Origin: Promethearchaeota archaeon
GTDB taxonomy: Archaea > Asgardarchaeota > Lokiarchaeia > Sigyniarchaeales > SOKP01
Assembly (NCBI GenBank): GCA_016840165.1
Contig: JAEOSU010000027.1
Span: 39,549-103,548 of the forward strand
Direction: 5' to 3'
DNA: 64,000 nt
Positions 50,663 to 60,400 of this stretch are shown here, in pieces. Positions within the stretch are counted from its first letter, which is position 1. Every line of letters starts with the position of its first letter. Made by a program: the position numbers and the translations under genes. The notes beneath the pieces were generated by a model. It was not told where the DNA came from, made no database searches, and saw only the letters and a list, made by a program, of their open reading frames with translations.

Positions 50663-52141
50663 TTAATATTTTCCGATTAAATCATGGGTATGAGTCTCAC
50701 GTTGACCTGTTGGTGTGATAATACCAATTCGTGCTTTTTTCATTTCTTGGATATTTTTCGCTCCAGAATAAATCATGCCATTAATTAATCCCTCTTTTAA
50801 TGATAATAGTACTCCAGAAAGATCTCCTGTGAAAGGTACATAATCACTTACTCCTTCTGCTAACATTTTAGATCCTTCGATATATCTATCTGCGACATAG
50901 CCAGAGGTGCGTGCTTCTTTAGAGCCCATACCACGATAGACCTTTACTTTTCTTCCAGCTATAGTATCAATGAATCCTGGACTTTCCTCTGTGCCTGCAA
51001 AGAAGTGTCCCGACATGATAAGATCAGCACCCGCAGTAATTGCTTTAGGGATATCACCTGGATTTTTAAAACCTCCATCCGCAATTAAGGATATTTTAGG
51101 ATTGTAATCATTTATTGCATCAGCTACTTGAGCAGTAGCAAACATAGTAGGTGCACCCACACCAGTTTGTATAGATGTCGTGCAGATAGAACCCGAACCC
51201 ATTCCGACTTTTAATCCAATAAATTTTTCACTATCGAATCCACTTTTAGTAAGAATATGCTCTGCTGCTTCATAGGTTCCAATATTACCTAATACAAAGT
51301 CAGAATCTAAGAAATCCATGAGTTTTTTTGTTCCTGCAATATCAGTTGACTTATAATAATCTGCAACATCTATAAAAAAAATATCTACAAAGTTATCAAT
51401 TTCCTTTAATATTTCTCGAGCTTGGATAGCTTCAGGGAATCGTGGAGATAATGCTAATGCACATAACAAATGGCCTTCATTGTCCATAGAGGCAAGAGGA
51501 AATTCAGGAGCTAAATCCTTCTTTGTTATCAATCCTGTAAGATTTCCTTTATCATCAATAACTGGCAGTTTTTCCTTACGAGATTCAAATAACAAATTCA
51601 GAGCATCGATTCTAGATGCACCTGGTTTAATAGATATAACTTCTTTAGTCATATAATCTTTTACTGAACAGTTTTTGATCTGATCCTCAGAAAAGGGAAT
51701 ATCCCTTTTAGTTAATATCCCACATACTTTATTTTCATTATTAACAACTACAAGACCACTAATGTTATAGTTTTCCATCATAAATTTTGCTTTTGAGATA
51801 GGTTCATTAGGAAAGATGGTTGCAACATCCTCGATCACGAAAGATCTGGCTCTTTTAACAATTCTTACCATTTCTAGCTGCCGCTCAAAAGAACAATTAC
51901 GGTGTAAAACACCTAAACCCCCTAAAAGCGCCATTTTTATTGCCATTATCTCTTCAGTTACCGTATCCATCGCTGAAGTTAAAATTGGAACGTGAAATTT
52001 GTAGTTACCCAAATGCGAAGAAATGTCCACTTCATTAGGGCTAAAATCAGTATATCCCGGTAATACTAATACATCATCAAAAGTAGCGATTATGCTCTCA
52101 TGATGAACTTTTTTACGAAAATAATCTGACATTTCAAACAC
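50663..52141 (-). CDS. guaB: IMP dehydrogenase
   Basis: TFDDVL, SAMDTVTE, CBS pair, GMGSGSICTT, IADGG, YRGMGS, EGV. Confidence 0.96.
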   Translation of the reverse strand: MFEMSDYFRKKVHHESIIATFDDVLVLPGYTDFSPNEVDISSHLGNYKFHVPILTSAMDTVTEEIMAIKMALLGGLGVLHRNCSFERQLEMVRIVKRARSFVIEDVATIFPNEPISKAKFMMENYNISGLVVVNNENKVCGILTKRDIPFSEDQIKNCSVKDYMTKEVISIKPGASRIDALNLLFESRKEKLPVIDDKGNLTGLITKKDLAPEFPLASMDNEGHLLCALALSPRFPEAIQAREILKEIDNFVDIFFIDVADYYKSTDIAGTKKLMDFLDSDFVLGNIGTYEAAEHILTKSGFDSEKFIGLKVGMGSGSICTTSIQTGVGAPTMFATAQVADAINDYNPKISLIADGGFKNPGDIPKAITAGADLIMSGHFFAGTEESPGFIDTIAGRKVKVYRGMGSKEARTSGYVADRYIEGSKMLAEGVSDYVPFTGDLSGVLLSLKEGLINGMIYSGAKNIQEMKKARIGIITPTGQRETHTHDLIGKY

Positions 52142-52317
52142 TCTTATGATTATTGATAATTATTGATTTTTTAATTATGAATGATATATATTTTGAGATA
52201 TAAATATTAATAATATAGAAAAGGCAAATATTAAATTGTTATCAATTTAGTTTACGAAATATATATATTTTTGATTAAAAACGTATAAAGTTAATAAATT
52301 AAAGAGAAATTATATAA

Positions 52318-53256
52318 TTACATACGAGATAGGTTCCTTCTCGGCATACTTTTTATTCGAGGATCATTCATAAAAGTATCTAATGTTTTTATGAACATCT
52401 CTCTGTCTTCCTTAATGTTAGAACTCTCTATAGCACAGTAATTACTCATATGGTCATTATAAACTTGAGAGGTTACATTCACTCCCAGATTTGCGATGAT
52501 ATCACGTTCTTCTTTTAGATTTTCGACTGGTGTGAGCAGGGTAAATTCACCCCTTTTCCATATATCCCAGAGTTCTGAAAAAGGCACAATATTCAAAGTC
52601 CTGAATCTAAAAATTGTTGGATTAATCTCTGTTAGGACTCTAGCAGTTTCTTTAACATGCTCTTCGGAAAGTTTTTTCCCACCTAGTCCAAGAATAATAT
52701 ATAAGCTTAATTTTATCCCAGCTCTTAAAACCCGTTTTCCAGCAGTTATCATTGATTCAGCATTCGTTCCTTTTTTCATTTTCCTCAATATTTTGCTACT
52801 TCCACTTTCTAAACCCATATAGACAATATCTAATCCAGCATCCGCTAATTGGTTCAGCTCTTCATCTGATTTTCTCAATACATCTAAGGCTTTTGCATAG
52901 CAACTTACTCTTGGAACATTATTGATTTTTTCTCTAACGTATCTGATGATTTTGACTAGATATTCTGTGGGAGCAGATGTAGGATTTCCACCAGCTAAAA
53001 AGACGGGAAAGCCATGATAATTATGTTCTGAAAAGTAGTCAATATCTTTAAAAACATCTTCAATTGGACGAACAGCATAATTCTGGATTACTCCATACAT
53101 TCCTTTATAAGTTCCACAGAATGCACAACCACCTGTGGCTGTATTCCATGAGCATCCTCCAGTAACCGGAATAATTACCGAGTGAGATGCTCCCTCAACT
53201 GGAGGTCGAATAATTATATAATCAGGTGGTACAACTTGTAAATTTGATTCATCCAT
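52318..53256 (-). CDS. Radical SAM protein with expanded CX8CX2C motif
   Basis: IRPP.E, GCSWNTATGGCAFC, YMGLESG, GLGG, DHMSNY. Confidence 0.9.
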   Translation of the reverse strand: MDESNLQVVPPDYIIIRPPVEGASHSVIIPVTGGCSWNTATGGCAFCGTYKGMYGVIQNYAVRPIEDVFKDIDYFSEHNYHGFPVFLAGGNPTSAPTEYLVKIIRYVREKINNVPRVSCYAKALDVLRKSDEELNQLADAGLDIVYMGLESGSSKILRKMKKGTNAESMITAGKRVLRAGIKLSLYIILGLGGKKLSEEHVKETARVLTEINPTIFRFRTLNIVPFSELWDIWKRGEFTLLTPVENLKEERDIIANLGVNVTSQVYNDHMSNYCAIESSNIKEDREMFIKTLDTFMNDPRIKSMPRRNLSRM

Positions 53257-53417
53257 TTATAAAAATTTGTCCTTTTTTATTTCAAATTAGTTAGCTTAAC
53301 ATTAAGAACTAACTAATATAATGAAAAAGCATTAAAATTAGTTATTTTTTTAAAAAATAAAATTTTTGTAGTAAAAATAATTTTCTTGATTATAGAATTT
53401 AATGTTAAGCCATACAT

Positions 53418-54038
53418 ATGGATTATTCGGTATTTAAATTGATTAAAAATCCTAAAAGTGAGGTACTTTACACCTTTAAAATCGTGATTATTGGTGGTGG
53501 TGGGGTAGGAAAGACTTGCCTTTTCAACCGATTCTGTTTTAATTCCTTCAATTTTGATACATCTATGACAATTGGGATAAATTTCCATTCAATTAATTTA
53601 AAGATCCAAAATAAAGATAATCCAGATGAGCTTATCGAAAAAGGTATCGCGAACTCAATTTTTGACTTTGGTGGTCAAGATAGGTTCAAACCATTGATTC
53701 CAAAATTTATAAGTGGCGCTAACGGAGCTTTATTAGTTTTTAATCTGACAGACTTCACATCGCTTAATCAATTAAATTTCTGGTATGATAGATTAATTCA
53801 ACATGCCAATGGTTATAAAATCCCTAAGATCTTAGTTGGAAGTAAAAAAGATCTAATCAAAAATGAAAATGGGAACTCCTTGAAAGAAAATACCCAGATT
53901 AATGAATTTATAAAATCTAAATCACTTGATGGTTTCTTTATGACCTCATCATTAAACAACTATAATGTAGTGGAAGTTTTTAAAGAATTAAATAATTTGA
54001 TGTTGGAAAAAATCAAAACATCATATGAAGTGATATAA
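53418..54038 (+). CDS. Rab/Ras-superfamily small GTPase
   Basis: G1 GGGGVGKT, G2 TIG, G3 DFGGQDRF, G4 SKKD, G5 TSS; no C-terminal Cys. Confidence 0.93.
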   Translation: MDYSVFKLIKNPKSEVLYTFKIVIIGGGGVGKTCLFNRFCFNSFNFDTSMTIGINFHSINLKIQNKDNPDELIEKGIANSIFDFGGQDRFKPLIPKFISGANGALLVFNLTDFTSLNQLNFWYDRLIQHANGYKIPKILVGSKKDLIKNENGNSLKENTQINEFIKSKSLDGFFMTSSLNNYNVVEVFKELNNLMLEKIKTSYEVI

Positions 54039-54054
54039 CTTTTTAATTGAATGA

Positions 54055-55128
54055 TTAAAGTTCCCGCATATATATAAAATCAGCAAACTCATTGAAAAAT
54101 TGCTTTTGTTCCTTATTAAGATCAGGATAAATATCACTTAGATAGCTTTTAGCTTGAGAAACTAGATTTTTTGAAAAGTGTTCAGCTATAATTATTGCAT
54201 TGGTTTCTGCGAAGATTTGCGTTACTTCCTTTACATCTGATTTAGTTAATTCTTCTTTTCTGTAGATTTCATTCAAAATGCGGGATTGTTCCTCATCTGT
54301 ATTTTGAACTGCTAAGATATATATCGCCTTTTTCGCTTTATTTTTTATATCTTTTTGCATATCCAAAATATCATCTCGAATTGCATATGCTTGACCGATT
54401 CTTAGCATAGCTTCGCTCAATGGCTGAATTTGGTAATGCATGTTACCTTTTGCCATAATTGCTCCAATTTTAGATGACTTTTCAAATAAACTGGCTCTTT
54501 GTAACTCGGCAATAGAGAGATATTGTTCTATTGACATTGTAATATTATGATAACTCATGTACTCTTCGATAATTTGTCCTTTTAATAATGAATCCATCGC
54601 AGCACTATATTCATTAATTGCTAGTAATTTTTCTTTATTTGGAAACTTAGATTGCTTTATTATATCTAAGCCAAGTAAATATGCTTGTAGCCCCCCTAAA
54701 ATACTTAAATCCCTACCGTACTTACTAATTGAGCTTTCACTGCCTTGCAGATCGGAATTTTTATATAATTCTTTTAGTTGATTTTCTAATTGGATGTGGA
54801 AAGTAGGTTTACTCCTTCGTATTTTATCTTCATCAATCAGATCATCATGGATTACATATCCATTATGCAACAATTCTACAGCCAATGAGACTTTCCGAAT
54901 TTGTTCAATTTGCTCATCTAAATACTGAGGATTGACAATTCCAATAAAAGCAGCGATTAATAGGATGGGGTGGATCCTCTTGGTTTGTTCATTCAAAATA
55001 AATTCCTGAAGCTGTTGTAAGAAATCTTGTAATAAAATTTCATGTTCGCTATTATTGAGTATATTAAAATAATCTTTTAACTGGTTGTCGATTTCTCTCT
55101 TTTCTTTTTTTAAAAAATCTTCAATCAT
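54055..55128 (-). CDS. Polyprenyl (geranylgeranyl) diphosphate synthase
   Basis: ELLH...HDDLIDED.IRR, GQ, RDDILD. Confidence 0.9.
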   Translation of the reverse strand: MIEDFLKKEKREIDNQLKDYFNILNNSEHEILLQDFLQQLQEFILNEQTKRIHPILLIAAFIGIVNPQYLDEQIEQIRKVSLAVELLHNGYVIHDDLIDEDKIRRSKPTFHIQLENQLKELYKNSDLQGSESSISKYGRDLSILGGLQAYLLGLDIIKQSKFPNKEKLLAINEYSAAMDSLLKGQIIEEYMSYHNITMSIEQYLSIAELQRASLFEKSSKIGAIMAKGNMHYQIQPLSEAMLRIGQAYAIRDDILDMQKDIKNKAKKAIYILAVQNTDEEQSRILNEIYRKEELTKSDVKEVTQIFAETNAIIIAEHFSKNLVSQAKSYLSDIYPDLNKEQKQFFNEFADFIYMREL

Positions 55129-55265
55129 TTGATATCACAGAAATAAAAATACACGTATTTTTACATATTATATTACTATTATGCCTTTTTAAGTTAACAA
55201 TATTTTTATTGTTACTTTTCCATTACAAACTTAAAATGATAGCAAAAATGCAATCGTGATTTGAA

Positions 55266-55781
55266 ATGTTAATTGGAGTTATTTCGGATACACATGATCA
55301 TAAAGATAATATTTTAAAAGCCATTAATATCATGAATGAAAGAAATGTTGATGTTTTGATTCATTGCGGTGATTTTTGTTCTCCATTTGTAAAAATTTGG
55401 TTTGATAAATTAAATTCAACAATCAAAGAAAATTTTTTTGGAGTGTTTGGGAATAATGATGGGGATCATGTGTTTTTAAGACAAAATTTAGGTAAAATTT
55501 GTAAATTGGTGGAAAACGGACATGAACTGCTACAAGAATTTGATGGTAAGAAAGTTTATGCATCTCATATGCCAAAACCAAAGACAATTGAGGCACTAAC
55601 AAATTCAGGTAATTTTGATATTGTACTCTCAGGTCATACTCATTCATATGTACATAAAAAGCATGATAATGGTGTTTTAGAACTAAATCCTGGAGAATGT
55701 TGTGGATATCTTACAGGAGATGCTACATTTGCCATTATCAATACTAAAAACTTGGAAGCAGAGATAATTCATCTGGAATAG
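55266..55781 (+). CDS. YfcE/MJ0936-family metallophosphoesterase
   Basis: SDTH, HCGD, GNND, GHTH, NPG. Confidence 0.93.
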   Translation: MLIGVISDTHDHKDNILKAINIMNERNVDVLIHCGDFCSPFVKIWFDKLNSTIKENFFGVFGNNDGDHVFLRQNLGKICKLVENGHELLQEFDGKKVYASHMPKPKTIEALTNSGNFDIVLSGHTHSYVHKKHDNGVLELNPGECCGYLTGDATFAIINTKNLEAEIIHLE

Positions 55782-55859
55782 TTATTAAAAATCAGGGTTT
55801 CATGATATTTTTTAATGGATTAATAAGATTTTTTTAGGTATTTCACATTAATCTTTATT

Positions 55860-57074
55860 ATGAAATTGCCTTTAGAAGGAATTAGAATCTTAGATTTATC
55901 AAGAATGCTGCCCGGTCCTTATTGTTCAATGATTTTAGCCGATCTGGGGGCAGAAGTTATTCATGTTAACAATCCACGTTATCCTTACGCCAATCCACCT
56001 CCTTTTTACCAGAAAGGAAGATATCGGGAAAGTGCATTTAATTCAATTTTAATGCGTAATAAAAAATCAATTTCACTCAATCTGAAAAATGAGAAAGCTA
56101 GAGAAATATTTTATGAGCTAGTAAAAGAAGCAGATGTAGTTTTAGAGACTTTTCGTCCAAAAGTAACTACTAAGTTAAAAATTGATTACGATATCCTTTC
56201 TAAAATTAATGAATCAATTATTTACTGCTCCCTAACAGGATATGGCCAAAATGGACCATATGAGCAAATAGCAGGTCACGATATGAATTATGTTGGATTA
56301 TGTGGAATTTTGAATTTAAATCGAGAACAGCGGCCTTATAAAAAAGAACAGTCAGAAAGAAATCCAGTTGTTCCTGGGATCCAAGCTGCAGATATTGGAG
56401 GAGGATTAGTAGCTACTATTGGGATTTTGGGGGCAATAATAGGACGAAATAATCATCCGCAAAAAAAGGGACAATATATTGATGTTTCAATGCTAGATAG
56501 TGTATTTTCTTTTATGCCTATGGCCGCGGCAATTAATTTCTCGAAAGAATTAAATGATGGAATACAGAATGAGAATATTCTTCACGGATCGGTACCCTTT
56601 TATTCTATTTATAAAACTAAAGATCATAAATATGTATCTGTTGGAGCTATTGAATTAAAATTCTGGCATGCATTATGTGAAGGATTAAAACGTGAGGATT
56701 TAAAAAATAAACAAACTGTGAGAGGAGAAGAAAGAGAATATGTTTTTCATGAACTCGAAAAGGAATTTTCCAAGAAAAAACAATCTGAATGGATTGAAGT
56801 ATTTAAGGGATTAGATGCTTGTGTCATGCCAATTAAAAGCTTTAATGAAGCATGTCAGGATCCTCAAATCATCGCACGAAATATGGTAGCATCCTTGACT
56901 CATCCTAAGTTTGGTCAAGTCCCAAATATTGCCTCTCCTATTAAATATTCGCATACTCCTCTCTCAATAAGAACACTCGCTCCAAAAGTCGGACAACATA
57001 CGAAAGAAATTTTGAAACAACTTAATTATTCTGATGAGCAAATTAGAGAGTTCAAGAGAAAGAGTATAATATAA
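55860..57074 (+). CDS. Family III CoA-transferase (CaiB/BaiF)
   Basis: PLEGIRILDLS, PGP, LADLGAEV, RNKKSI, GYGQ.GP, GHD. Confidence 0.95.
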   Translation: MKLPLEGIRILDLSRMLPGPYCSMILADLGAEVIHVNNPRYPYANPPPFYQKGRYRESAFNSILMRNKKSISLNLKNEKAREIFYELVKEADVVLETFRPKVTTKLKIDYDILSKINESIIYCSLTGYGQNGPYEQIAGHDMNYVGLCGILNLNREQRPYKKEQSERNPVVPGIQAADIGGGLVATIGILGAIIGRNNHPQKKGQYIDVSMLDSVFSFMPMAAAINFSKELNDGIQNENILHGSVPFYSIYKTKDHKYVSVGAIELKFWHALCEGLKREDLKNKQTVRGEEREYVFHELEKEFSKKKQSEWIEVFKGLDACVMPIKSFNEACQDPQIIARNMVASLTHPKFGQVPNIASPIKYSHTPLSIRTLAPKVGQHTKEILKQLNYSDEQIREFKRKSII

Positions 57075-57181
57075 TAGAAAAATTTCTCTAAGAATGATTT
57101 AGACCTCGATAAATAAAGAAATTTATATTCTAGCAGTTATATTATCAATAGTAAAGTTTTAATTTCATTGGTGAGCTCCGA

Positions 57182-58108
57182 TTGGTTGATTACTGTAATG
57201 AATGTGGAAAGCCATTAAAGGAAAACGCAGAATTTTGTATATATTGCGGTAATGATGTGAGAAGTAGTCGTACAATCTCCAATATCCAAAATAATCAATC
57301 TAAAAAAGAAAATGATTTAAAAAAGCAGTCTAGATATCTTTTGAGTGATTCTCAGCGAAAATTGTTTTTAAATCGGATAATTCCTTATTTAATCATAGGG
57401 TGTACAATATGGTTAACCACAGAGATTTTGTTTAGTTTTCTATTTAAAGGTACTAGTTTTACACCGGAGTTTATTATAATTTATGTTAGTTTCATAATTG
57501 CTGACTTAATCGCTTTTTTTCTATTTTTTTTAACAGCCCGAAAGAATCAAATCTTAATCAGTTTGCTATTCTATTTTATGTTTACCTGCTTAGCTGGAAC
57601 GATAAGTTTACCTATTATTATGTTTAATCCTAACTTATCTCGGCAGGTAAATATGTTTATCGTAGCAAGTCTTGAAGGAACACTTATCGTTGCTTTATTA
57701 TCCATTTTATTAAGAAATAGATATCTCAATAAAGGGAATGTTTTTATTCATGTAATCTTATTTTTAGTTTTTTTAGCTCTTGCTGAAGGAGCTTTCTTTT
57801 TAATTTTTTCAATAGAAAACTGGATATTGACCTTATCTATTACGCTACCGTATATTCTAATTGTGTCTCTTATTATTATATTTTATGGTGCAATTGCGAT
57901 GAAAAATGAGGGTAAACAACCTTGGTCTTACATACTTTTTAAAGTATTGGGAATTCTTTTAATGTCATTATTAATAGCAGTTGCTGTTGCCATTTTAGTA
58001 TTAGTTATCATCGGTTTGGCTATTATCTGTGGCGATGGAAATTTAGACTTATCAGGTCTTAGCTTTAGTGGCTTTGGAGGTAAAAAGAAAAAGAAGAAAA
58101 ATACATAA
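57182..58108 (+). CDS. Zinc-ribbon plus about 7 TM membrane protein (possibly Bax inhibitor-1/YccA-like)
   Basis: CNECG...FCIYCG, seven hydrophobic helices, Lys-rich C-terminus; SD GGTGA before TTG. Confidence 0.7.
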   Translation: MVDYCNECGKPLKENAEFCIYCGNDVRSSRTISNIQNNQSKKENDLKKQSRYLLSDSQRKLFLNRIIPYLIIGCTIWLTTEILFSFLFKGTSFTPEFIIIYVSFIIADLIAFFLFFLTARKNQILISLLFYFMFTCLAGTISLPIIMFNPNLSRQVNMFIVASLEGTLIVALLSILLRNRYLNKGNVFIHVILFLVFLALAEGAFFLIFSIENWILTLSITLPYILIVSLIIIFYGAIAMKNEGKQPWSYILFKVLGILLMSLLIAVAVAILVLVIIGLAIICGDGNLDLSGLSFSGFGGKKKKKKNT

Positions 58109-58130
58109 GACTTGTTTATAAAAAGCGATC

Positions 58131-58643
58131 ATGGAGAAAACAATCACTGCCTTGGAAGACTTGTTAAAGAAAGATAAAAATAATGCAGAACTTTGGTTTA
58201 AGTTAGGTTATGCATATTTTCAAGAGGGCAATCTCACTGAAGCAATTAAGGCTTACAAACAAGGATTAGAAATAAATTCAAATGATGCAATATATTGGCA
58301 CAATCTTGGTTATCTTTATTATGAATCGGAAAATGAACAAAAAGCGATAGAATGTTTAGAAAAAGCAATAGACTTAAACCCTAAATTAGCTATAGCGTGG
58401 ACTGAATTAAGTTCTGTGTATGTTGATAGCGGAGATTTCGATAAAGCAATAGATGCAAGCAAACGGGCTATAGAACTTGATTCCAAAGATGATATAGCTT
58501 GGACTAATTTAGGATCTGCTTATTATAATAAAAAAGAATATGCACGAGCGATCAATGCGTTAAATACAGCTCTTAAATTAAAACCAGATTTGAAATTTGC
58601 GAAAGAGATTCTAAAATTAGCCCAAGAAAAGCATACAAATTAA
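58131..58643 (+). CDS. Tetratricopeptide repeat protein
   Basis: Four canonical TPRs (WxxLGxxY...AxxxYxxALxLxP). Confidence 0.95.
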   Translation: MEKTITALEDLLKKDKNNAELWFKLGYAYFQEGNLTEAIKAYKQGLEINSNDAIYWHNLGYLYYESENEQKAIECLEKAIDLNPKLAIAWTELSSVYVDSGDFDKAIDASKRAIELDSKDDIAWTNLGSAYYNKKEYARAINALNTALKLKPDLKFAKEILKLAQEKHTN

Positions 58644-58746
58644 TAATCTTCAATTTGAATAAACCATAATTTTATTTAATAGGGCTTTTATAATATTCTA
58701 AAAAGCGGATTATTAAGCATAATAGTATAAATCTATAGTAGTAATT

Positions 58747-60300
58747 ATGCCTGAAGAATTGGAAAGAAAAAAGTCAAATGATTTGAACAATCAACAAACT
58801 AAAGATATCGAATCTCAAGAGAATGAATCTGTTGTGGCTGTCAAAAGTAAGCCCGTGATTGTTCAAGCTGAAGCTTATAAAACTATCATCTTATATGCCA
58901 GCAGATATGCTAATAAAGAAATCCCAAAAGCAGATTGGAAAGAAATTTATGGCATACTAACAGGATATGTTGATGATGATTTTGTGCATGTTGAAAATGC
59001 GTATGCTTTAACTTTTGGCCATGATACTGATGTGCAACTAGATCAAAGACATTATATCTTTATTGATGAGATACAACAGCGATTAGATGAAGAAGCAAAA
59101 GGTCATTTTATTGTTGGATGGTTCCATTCTCATCCAGGGCTTTCACTCTTTTTCTCATATATTGATTTGATCAACCAGTTAGGATTCCAAGCCAAAAATG
59201 AGGATGCCATCGGTTTAGTTTTTGATCATACGTTATTGGGTAAAAAGAAAAAAGAGAAAATAGGAAATAACATTTTAACCAAGCATGACACTGGATTTGA
59301 GATCTATAAACTTACAGATGTAAATATGGATCCTAATGATCCTGTTTATGAGAATAATTATCATCGCGTAGATTATATTGTAGAGGGATTAAATAAATTC
59401 TTTTTTGCTAATTTGTTAGCAGAATTATCATCTCTTTCTTCTGCGGGGAGACCACTTCAGTCTGCTTATAAAGAGGTTAAAGAGATTGAAAAAAATGATG
59501 AGAAGAACCTTAATTTTTCTGAAATTGATTATAGTTCGGATACAAACTTATTAGTCGATATCCCTATGTCTGAAGATGTAAGTTTTAACTTGGACAAATT
59601 ATTTTATGATGTCCCTATTCAAAAAGAAGAAGGAGGAGTCACACAAGAAAAAGAAAAGGCAGAAAAATTAATTTATGAGGGAAATTTAGCTTTTAAAACA
59701 AAAGACTATTATAGTGCAATTGAGAAGTATAGACAAGGTATAGAAATTTATAAAGATTTGAATGATTTTGAGCGCAGTATGGACTTATTGCGAACTTTGA
59801 TAAAACTATGTATTACCAATGATCATTTTGTATTAGCAAAAGAATTTACAGACGATTTATTGGATTTAGCAGAAAAACATAATAATCAATTCTATAAAGG
59901 CGTGGCTAACTATATGGAAGGGTACTTATTACTAAAGGAAGGAGATAATACATTTTTAAAGACAGCATTAAACAAAATTCGTGATTCTGCGATGTTATTT
60001 GAGAAGGAAAGGGATTATGCAGGTGCTGGGATGGGTTTCAATAAAATTGGAACTATTTATCAGACTAGGTTAGAGAATTTTGATAGTGCTTGTCTTTTTT
60101 ATAGGGAAGCAATAGAAAATTATAATAGAGCAATTGTTAATAGCCATCCCTTAAGAAAATCCTTCTGGAGTATGCCAGAGTCATTACAAGAGAAAATTCT
60201 TGAATTAAAAGATTTAATAGATGAGCTGATTGACAAACTTAATCCTAGTATACGAAGAAAAATATTAGAAGACCTCCAATCAATCCGGTATAATTTTTAA
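58747..60300 (+). CDS. JAMM/MPN+ metalloprotease (Rpn11/CSN5-like) fused to TPR/SNAP-like helical repeats
   Basis: EIYGIL...GWFHSHPGLSLFFSYID is a complete E...HxH-x7-S-x2-D motif; C-terminal helical repeats. Confidence 0.9.
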   Translation: MPEELERKKSNDLNNQQTKDIESQENESVVAVKSKPVIVQAEAYKTIILYASRYANKEIPKADWKEIYGILTGYVDDDFVHVENAYALTFGHDTDVQLDQRHYIFIDEIQQRLDEEAKGHFIVGWFHSHPGLSLFFSYIDLINQLGFQAKNEDAIGLVFDHTLLGKKKKEKIGNNILTKHDTGFEIYKLTDVNMDPNDPVYENNYHRVDYIVEGLNKFFFANLLAELSSLSSAGRPLQSAYKEVKEIEKNDEKNLNFSEIDYSSDTNLLVDIPMSEDVSFNLDKLFYDVPIQKEEGGVTQEKEKAEKLIYEGNLAFKTKDYYSAIEKYRQGIEIYKDLNDFERSMDLLRTLIKLCITNDHFVLAKEFTDDLLDLAEKHNNQFYKGVANYMEGYLLLKEGDNTFLKTALNKIRDSAMLFEKERDYAGAGMGFNKIGTIYQTRLENFDSACLFYREAIENYNRAIVNSHPLRKSFWSMPESLQEKILELKDLIDELIDKLNPSIRRKILEDLQSIRYNF

Positions 60301-60400
60301 CTATTATTTTTGGCAACTTTTCATTCAATTTCACCTTATTTAAACAAAAAAATTATATTTTAAGAATAATTATATTACTTACTTCTTTTGGTGATTAATA

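Noticed and set aside
55266-55781. Vps29 (retromer) call
   Set aside because: All metal ligands are intact and motifs fit the generic YfcE/MJ0936 phosphoesterases; no retromer context
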